NCBI RefSeq assembly: GCF_006345805.1
Contig: NC_043004.1
Location: 25,916,001-25,980,000, forward strand
Source of the DNA: Octopus sinensis
Taxonomy: Eukaryota
Length of the DNA: 64,000 nt
Direction: 5' to 3'
Both the position numbers and the translations under genes were made by a program. Below, one piece after another: positions 61,816 to 64,000 of the stretch (positions are counted from its first letter, which is position 1; the number at the start of each line of letters is the position of its first letter). Under the pieces are notes generated by a model. It did not search any database, was not told the DNA's origin, and saw only the letters and a list, made by a program, of their open reading frames with translations.

Positions 61816-62694
61816 AGAAAGAGAGGAGGGAGAGAGAGAGGGGGGATAACTGGAAGTACAGAAAGGATTGTTTGATGGAAAATAAAGTGGGAAGGAATGA
61901 TATTTAGAAGAAGGAACGTTGACAGAAAGCGCTCCCAAGAAGCAGGTGGCACAAAAAAGGATGAAATATATGGAATTCTGTTTCATTTAACTCTAGCTGT
62001 TAAATAGTGCCTTAGCTAGAAGTGTAATGGAGGGTTGAGTGTTAGGAAAATGTGCTGTAAGGAAGGCATAACAAGAACAGATTGGGTACAAAGGCGGTGT
62101 ATAATTTTCATGACATAAAATTGATATAATCACAGATCAACAAGTGAGTCATAGATTAGACTAATCTGAAACAAGATCAAGTTTTGACAAACATCACCAC
62201 CTCATGAAGATGAGGTTGAATTTAGTTTATAAATACATAGCTTTTCATTCAAAAAATGCCACATGGTGATTAGAAAATATTTACAGAAGAAAGCTCTTAG
62301 TTTATGAAAATGTTCTTTGCTACCTTCAGGTCATATAATGTAGGAAATTGCCAAAATTATCTGATGTGGGAAAACTGCCAATGTTTCCTGTTACAATCAT
62401 ATCATATGATGTGGAAAGCTCCTAAATTCATCTCACAGGTTTTAGTGTGTAGAAAAAGGAGTCGACTCTAAATACAATTTAACATCAAGTTTATTATTCA
62501 AATTTAGATGGGGTTTAAGTAAATCTATAAATATCTAACAAGGTACCTTGTCGTTTACTCCAACACATCTTATAATGCTGAAAACAGATTGTACTGTGCA
62601 TTATGTACATGAAGAGGAAAATATATTTACTTCCATTTGGTGTATAAAATACATACAATTGTTATATTGTATAATACCCCCCCACACACACGTA

Positions 62695-63145
62695 CATACA
62701 TGTTGAGCCTCATCGAGGTGATGACAAGTGACTGAGACTGTTGGCCATTTGCTGTGCTTGAGAGGACATGTCAAGTTTTGTGAAATCATAATCATGGCCA
62801 ATACCGGTGGTAAAAGGCATTCATGCCAGTGATACATAAAAGGTACCCGTGCTGGTAACATATTAAAGGCACCCATGCTGGTGACATGCTAAAGGCATTT
62901 GTGCCAGTGACACATTAAAGGCCTGTGCTGGTGATATGTTAGAGGCACTAGTGTCAGTAGTGACATGTTAAAGGCACCCAGTACACTCTGGGGAGTGGTT
63001 GGCATTAGGAAGGGCATCCCACTGTAGAAACCAAGCCAAAACAGACTGGAGCCTGGTGCAACTCTCTGGCTTACTAGTTCCAGTCAAACCGTCAAACCCA
63101 TGCCAGCATGGAAAACGGATGCTAAATGATGATGATAATGATAAC
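62695..63145 (+). mobile_element. RTE 3' UTR copy with an expanded internal repeat
   Basis: Five to six gtgc(t/c)(g/a)gtgaca..ttaaaggca units, then ggcattaggaagggcatccc and (GAT)n. Confidence 0.85.
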
Positions 63146-63149
63146 ATAT

Positions 63150-64000
63150 ATAAAGGGTCTTGCAGATAAATTGAGACAATTTTTATGATGCAAAAAACTT
63201 TAGAAATACTAAAATAATGGCAGTAGACAAATATAATTTTAATGTAACATTTATTACAACAAAAACATTTATCACTCAATATGGCTGCTCTCTTGGGCAA
63301 TTACAGCCTTCACACAAGAACGAAATTTTTTTTACAGCTGCCACAACCTCCGCCTTTTTAATTTTGCATGCATGATGCAGATCTTCAAATTGTTGACACT
63401 CGAGTGTGGTGAAGCAATGGCCCTTGCTTGATGTACACCCCATAAAATATCATCGAGACGGTTGAGATCTGGGCTATTACTGTACCAGATGTTGGCCCTC
63501 ACAAAAAGTGGCACCTTCTCACCAAGGAAGGCCTGTGTTGCTTTTGACCCATGGCATGATGTAGAATCCTGGATAAGCACCACATTGTCAAGCCCAAACT
63601 TCTGCCCCATCCAAAGTAACAGAGAGTTCTGCAGGATGTCTAGATACTCCTTTGTACCGATCGTCAAGCCAAACTCAATGATGTGTGGATCCATGAAACT
63701 TTCATCACTTGCCATGGCTCCAAATACCATCACAGAAGCAGGATCCTTAGTCTCAAACACAGGGGGGGGGGATGTCAGAAGGGTTGTATGCTATCACTCA
63801 AGAATTTCTGTGATTCACCTTAGTACTCACAGTAAACTTCTTGTCCACAAACACAAGGAGTTTTTCCTGCACCTTGATGCTTGGGTATCTCACAGTTCTG
63901 ATTGCTTTGGCCTTTGCTGTTAGGAGGTGACAGTGTCGTTGAACATAGCTGGTCATGTCAAGGTTCCTGTTCACAGCTCTAGGACATTGTGGAAAGGGAC
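63150..64000 (-). mobile_element. maT/mori-type (DD37D) Tc1/mariner element, running off the window
   Basis: KDPASVMVFGAMASD...LIQDSTSCH...NSPDLNRLD, with 37 residues between the last two Asp. Confidence 0.9.

Noticed and set aside
62552-62590. Possible 31-nt minus-strand micro-exon (ttttcag|...aag|gtacct); similar candidates near 22437, 29500, 41480 and 52250
   Set aside because: Splice-like signals only; no recognisable protein motif or consistent exon chain without RNA data

Overview
Eukaryotic, AT-rich, microsatellite-dense DNA built almost entirely of transposon debris. The SINE/LINE families and the repeat landscape look like an octopus (coleoid cephalopod) genome; this is an inference, not a database result. 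I could not identify a host protein-coding gene with confidence, and most ORFs in the track are translations of (TA)n/(CA)n/(GA)n microsatellites. Recognisable elements are RTE-clade LINE fragments, a Dong/R4-like 3' fragment, several Penelope-like elements (PLEs), Helitrons, Tc1/mariner elements and MITEs, a hAT-like transposase, a solo LTR and three tRNA-SINE families. The main result is a set of type I hammerhead ribozymes (HHRs) read directly from the sequence. Two unrelated, apparently non-coding repeats form near-identical head-to-tail tandem arrays embedded in (TA)n, with one HHR per unit: 17661-18894 (+ strand, about 590-bp unit) and 53361-54340 (- strand, 535-bp unit). Further single HHRs lie at 9925, 17531 and 59785, and decayed ones at about 46325 and 61060. 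All intact ones have a palindromic or near-palindromic stem III. This is the architecture of retrozymes (non-autonomous, ribozyme-processed, circRNA-forming retroelements) or PLE-derived pseudo-LTR arrays, sitting beside the PLE RT/GIY-YIG machinery that could mobilise them.
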